Shown here one piece after another: positions 58,101 to 64,000 of a DNA stretch of 64,000 nt. The notes under the pieces were generated by a model. It was not told the DNA's origin. It did not search any database and saw only the letters and a list, made by a program, of their open reading frames with translations. The DNA is taken from NCBI RefSeq assembly GCF_009914755.1, contig NC_060940.1; one strand, 5' to 3'. The translations under genes were made by a program, and so were the position numbers. Position 1 is the stretch's first letter. The number at the start of each line of letters is the position of its first letter. This DNA is from the human T2T-CHM13v2.0 reference genome, Homo sapiens.

Positions 58101-59280
58101 ATTGGAAACTGACTAGGTCACATACTCCTCCTCCTTCCCTGTACTGGTAGTTTTTCTTTTATTTTTTTTTTTAATTTCTTCCATTTTCTTTCCTTTTTAC
58201 AGCAAATTTGTAGTTATGGTGGAGCAAAGGGCAGTTTTCACTCCTCTTCCCTAAAACTGTAGTTTAACTAAAAAGTGGCCACTGTCTCCTGGTAGCGGTT
58301 GGTAAGCCATCCAGTCTCTGCAGGCATCTACGCTCCAGGTCTCCAGTCTGAGGAGTCTCGCTCCTGGGGCAGGTGCCTCTGGGGGTCTCTGCCAGGCTTG
58401 TCTGGTCATGCAGCTACTTCCAGACTGATTCCTAGATCTTGCATTTTTACATAGGACATCCCCAGCATTCAAAGAAGATCCTGGGAACTGGATTCCTACC
58501 AGAGGAATTAGAATGAAACCAACAAAACTAAAAACGACACCCTCCCCCATCCCCCGCATCCGATACACATGCAAGGTAATATTTGATGTCAGTAGGAAAA
58601 AAATCCAGTGTTATAGGAGACAAACCATAGCAAGCAATGGCCTCTCACCCTTCCCTTCACACCCTCCACTCTGTCCACTTGTTTGTTCCTTCAATAAATA
58701 CTGATGGAGAATGGGCTCTATGCCAGTGTTTCTCTGGATGTTGGCTGCAGGGATGAACAAAGGCAACTTCTAGGAGAAATTTCTGTTTTTGATGCTCTCG
58801 TGGCTGCTTCCTGTGTCTTAATATTGTGCTTAAACTGCCACTTCTTCAGCTGTTGATTTCAGGCACTATCTAATGACTTTTGCTGTTACGAGCATGGATT
58901 TAGCTCATTTTTACCATCTTCCCTAGTTGTATCACCTTCCTCCCATTATGTTTGTAACTTCAGATTTTGTATATTTCGCATATGTCAATATGTAAACATT
59001 TTATATATATATATATGCATGCACACACATGCATACATATATGTAATGGTATATATACATGTAAGTTTCCATTTTTGCTCAAATTGCTCTGGACAGTTCT
59101 TTGCTCTGGGAGTTCTTTACTCCCTTTCTCATAAGAAGAGGCTGTTTGTACCCTGATCAATCCCTCTACCTCTTCTTTTCCCCTTTCACCCGTAACTTCT
59201 GCTACTTATACTTCTGCCTTATCATGGTCCATAACATTCACCTTCCACTCTGTAGCCATAATTAAATCTCCCATGCATCC

Positions 59281-59570
<290 letters not shown>

Positions 59571-60639
59571 ACTCCCATGTATTATCTATGGATTGACTGT
59601 AAAATATGAGAAGCAATAAATATGTTCATCACTAGGGCCATCTAGAAATTTCTAACCCAAGGGTCAACTAATCTTTCCCTGTGTTGTATTTCCTGCTCTG
59701 CGGATCCGGCATCATGACCTTTGTACTACCCAGGAAAGCCAGTGTTCTCATGGGCTCTTCTCTTTTTTATGCTCTACCAGATGCTAGCACTGTGGCATGC
59801 CATTCGCTCACTAGCAGCTTAAAGGGTACAGGTTCTAAATCTCCTTAGTGCTACTCACCTGTTATTTCTGAGCCTGCGTAGATGATCTTCTTTTATTCAG
59901 ACGTCTGTGTCACATATACATGACATCCTACCCCCTTCCCATAAAAAAAATCACATTTGTGAATGTCTCTCTTAGGCTGAGTTCCAGACTCCAAGATCCC
60001 TCTTCTCTCTTGTCAGAATCCAGCAGCTGATGGCATTTATGTCTGTAGATTTCACTGTCAATGAGTCATTGACAGGCTAAGCAGGCTGTTGGATGGAGTG
60101 ATCAATGGTATGAGGGAAAACACTAATGTATGCAAGAAGAGCCATTTCCTAGTAGGAAAAATATTTATGTATGGAGCCACAAAGGTGATCGCTTCAGTAG
60201 AAATCACCAAGGACCTGGTAGTCAATGTGCAACCTAATTTTCTTTCAAAAGCTGTAGGAATGGCAAGGGAGGAAATAAATAATGCATTTCTTTATATCTC
60301 CTGTTTTAAGTTACTGAGTGTCGCCAAGAGATTTCTAAGGCCAGACATTGAGTCAGCTGTAAAACTGGAAGGAGCAATGTTTGCTGACTGTTGCCTCAGC
60401 CGCTGACCCTGATCTCCTCTGCACGTAGTAGGCAGCTTAAAAATTCCTCGCCCGACTTCTGATTTTCACGTGACTCACTGCTTAGTTGTCTGGGTTTGTT
60501 TTAATTCCTTTCCCCCTGCTGACAGTTCTTTAAGTGGATGTCTATAAAGGTTGGGGCATTCGCTCTTACAACAATAGGAAAAGAAAGGAGGAAGGAATAA
60601 AAAAGAGAGAAAAGGAATAAAAAAAAGTTTGGTTTAGAT

Positions 60640-60775
60640 GTCTGATTTCTCTGAGCCTCAGTTTCCCAGCATGTAAAATGTTGTGAGGGCTCACACTGGT
60701 CTTGTCCAGGTGCTTAGTAGAGCATCCATTACACCATAAAGTATCACAAAAATTTTTAATATCATCATTATTACT
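60640..60775 (+). mobile_element. MIR fragment
   Basis: tctctgagcctcagtttcccagcatgtaaaatg. Confidence 0.65.
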
Positions 60776-61880
60776 GTGCTTTCCCTTGAGTTTTTTTTTT
60801 TTTAAATCAGTTAATCCACATACTGGCAGATCTGACTTCCTTGTTTTAGGCCCTGGGGAATTTTTGTTATCTGTAGAGCTGGATTAATTTTACAGTGTGG
60901 TGCCTTTGCCCAAGGTGAACCTGTCTGTTTATAGAAAGTGTCACCAAGTTCTGTCTTGGGCCCGTCCACTCGGTTATATGTGCTGGACCCTGGGTGGAAG
61001 CACTTTGCACGTGTGCATTCACGATGGGCTGTGCTGGAGGGGAAAACAGGCATCACTCCCAAATTCTATTCATGCAATTAAAAATTCCTTTCATTTTTAT
61101 TTGTGAGAGGGTATGGGTGCACAGCAGACGGCAAACAGAAGAAAAGCTTTTGATTGAAAGGTAAACATTTACTTCTGCCTTTTAAATAGACATAGCAAGT
61201 CTCTTTACTCTCATGGAAGCAGTTATAAGGAACATAGAGCTGAAGAGAATATGACCATTTCTGGTCTTTTACTATGCTCGTATTAATCCACCCTGGATAG
61301 AAGGGACTGTACTATTTGGAAACACCTAAATAAAATGTTTTTGTCTTAAGGTGTTAAAATGTACTCATTAATGTGGCAGTGTATTCCTTTTCTTCTGTGA
61401 TCGTTGAAGTAGGGAAGGAATTTCAACTAAGAACCAAAATGATTGTCTGTTAAGACACTTATTTTTTGAGAAGACAAATTAATATAACATTATTATGTGG
61501 GGAATGTGGAAAGGCTAAGGTTGTATTGAAAACTTATTAAGCTTATGAGAATATTGAAAGCATGAGGAGGCATGACCGGAAGGTATTAATGATTTGGGCT
61601 TGATTATTCTAAGACTGTATTCTAAGTCTAAAATGTTGATAACTAAGACCTGAAATGATAAATGTTTGGCAAAACCAAATAAATGAGTAGCAGGTTGAAA
61701 AAAGAGGCAAGAGAGAAGTAGATATTTATAGTTTTCTAAAACAATTTAGTCCCTTCTGGAAGAGAGTCCTACCTCAGCCATGCCTACCAGGTTGTGTTTG
61801 TGGGATTATTTCTGAGTCACCCTTAAGCTCATCTTTACCCCTCTCCCAGACCCCCAGTCCCCTCACTGGGCATTCCTTGG

Positions 61881-61920
<40 letters not shown>

Positions 61921-62211
61921 TTGTTTGAGACAGTCTCACTTTGTCACCAAGTCTGGAGTGCAGTGGTGTGACCTTGACTCACTGCAACCTCTGCCTCCCA
62001 GGTTCAAGTGATTCTCTTGCCTCAGCCCCCTGAGTAGCTGGGACTACAGGCACGTGCCACCATGCCTGGCTAATTTTTTGTATTTTTAGTAGAGACGGGA
62101 TTTTGCTATGTTGCCCAGGCTGGTCACGAACTCCTAAACTCAGGCAGTCCACCCGCCTCGGCCTCCCAAAGTGTAATCCTGGATTATAGGTGTGATCCAC
62201 CACACCCAGCC
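61881..62211 (-). mobile_element. Alu (old S/J) with (TTTA)n tail
   Basis: (TTTA)n run, then gagacagtctcac...tgatccaccacacccagcc. Confidence 0.92.
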
Positions 62212-64000
62212 TTCCTTTTGTTTTTGATTTTTCCTCTTTAAACTCTACTTGTAACCACCCCTTTCCTTTCCCAAACTTTTACTAGCTTCTTCCATCCTGG
62301 ACTTGCAATCTGGCTGAAAACCTGCTAAATAAGGGAACAATTTTGACATGGCTCCTGTACTCCCCACAAACCTAGTTGATTCCAGACCAGTAATGTCTTG
62401 GGGACAGTGTTGTCCCATCTTCCTTTCTAGGCTGGGCTCAGATTACTGACGTGGAAGAGTTGTTGGTCCTGGTGCAACATGCCATGACCATGAGGCCTCT
62501 GGTAGAAAGGAAGGAATGAAGGGTGGTTCTCCAAACCCTTGGCCCATGCCTCATCCTTCTGTTCCCTTCCTTTTCCAGGTACGTAGCTGGTCAGGTTTCT
62601 TAAATTCCGTCGATCTGGCTTTATCCATTTTAAGCCTTAGGTTGTTGGAACATAGCTAAGTTGGTCACCTTTTCAAGAATTGAATCTCAAAAAAGCCATG
62701 TAGACCTCGGTTGTAACCATCACATTCATTGACTTGGTTGTTGATCTGTTTGTCAGATCAGTTTTCTGTTTGGGGAACATTTTTGTAAGTGCATGTATTT
62801 CAGCTTTTAACATTTTAAAAATAAAATTTCATTGGGAAAGAAATTTCATTCGACTGGAGTACCAGGAACTTAGAATGAATCCATTTGTCAGCAGTATTTA
62901 TACCCTGTCTAAAAGAGTGTCCTCCCAGTTCTCTGTCTCTGTACTGTGTCCCCACTTTAAAAAATAGCTCAACCTCTCATTATATTTGCAATTTTTTGTT
63001 TTTTTCATTGCCTGGTGGGTTTTTTTTTTTTTGTCTTTTTAAATGCTCCATGTAGAAAAGAATTCCTGGAATAGTTCTTGGAACAGCGTAGGTGAATAAA
63101 TGAGCAATTATTTTGTCCTCAGCACTATAACTGATTTGAGAAGGTCAAAACAGAAAATAAAAACATGTTTCAGTAGTACCAGTTCCTGCACAGGCTGTCT
63201 GCCAACTATGGAAGTAAAGGGAATAGAATTAGGCTGTCTGGATTATAGTGGGAAAACAAAACACAATCACATCCTGCCTCAGCCTATCCTTGAACTGGTG
63301 TCTTTAGAAAGGGGAGGTCAAGTAAAGGCCATAAGGCTGGATGGTGGGGAAGAAAGAGGCCTGGGAACAGGTGAGAAACTGCAGAGCCTGGCGGAGTTCA
63401 TTTAACCTCACTGTGGTTCTGTTGGACTTAGTGCAAAATCAAGAGACCCACCTTTGCCTGCCCATCCTGCAATGGTTTGGGGGGCCCCAAGTAGATGACT
63501 GGGGAAGATGACTGGGAAACTGCAGCACTGGTTCATGTTCTGGGACAAATCAATATTAAGCAAGTTTAATGATGGGTAGGTTCATTCAAAAGGGAAATAT
63601 GTTTCAATGGAGAAGAGAAATTTGTTAGGTTGTATAATAAATATTTTGAGTGTATTTGGATAGAAGTTTATGACGGAAAAGGCAAAATTCTCTGTGTCTT
63701 TATGGGGAGATATTCGATATGTTTTTTCTTGGCAGAAATAAAACATATTCAATAATATAATTAGGCAAACTTGTTTTAGTTGACAAGAAGACCGTATCTC
63801 CGTCTGCAAGATGAAGGCAAGATCAAGAGATGTCAGTTAACATTCTTGCGACCACAGGTAGGGAGGAGAACTGGGGAGGAATTTATGGATAGGTGAGAGC
63901 ATAAAACTAGATGCGGAAGGGATGGGGGAGCAGGTAAAATAATGAGGCTCAATGTTCAAGAAGGTCTTGGGCAAGCGCGTGCTAGTTATTTTCCTCACTG

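Overview
Primate, most likely human, genomic DNA inside the WWOX gene on the + strand (chr16q23, the gene that spans FRA16D). The only coding sequence I can support is the 107-nt WWOX exon 5 at 23985-24091, which encodes (G)[35 protein letters not shown] at the start of the SDR domain. The ORF track misses it. Everything else is intron 4 (upstream) or intron 5 (downstream). The introns hold about 25 Alus, old L1/L2/MIR fragments, MaLR/ERVL LTRs (MLT1, MLT2A, THE1A, MER21), DNA-transposon fossils (MER58A, MADE1, MER20, MER5A, MER33, MER103-like) and simple repeats. The supplied ORFs are repeat-derived or chance ORFs. I found no convincing new multi-gene system. The most unusual structures are a 48-49 bp minisatellite with higher-order variant patterning (40.1-40.7 kb), an apparent poly(A)-only retrotransposition scar with a 19-bp duplication (6.94 kb), an Alu inserted at the centre of a MADE1 with its tail converted to a long TA repeat, several nested insertions, candidate cryptic exon and polyadenylation signals after exon 5, and repeat-free homeobox/forkhead-motif blocks that may be enhancers. 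Repeat subfamilies were assigned by eye from remembered consensus sequences, and their boundaries are approximate.
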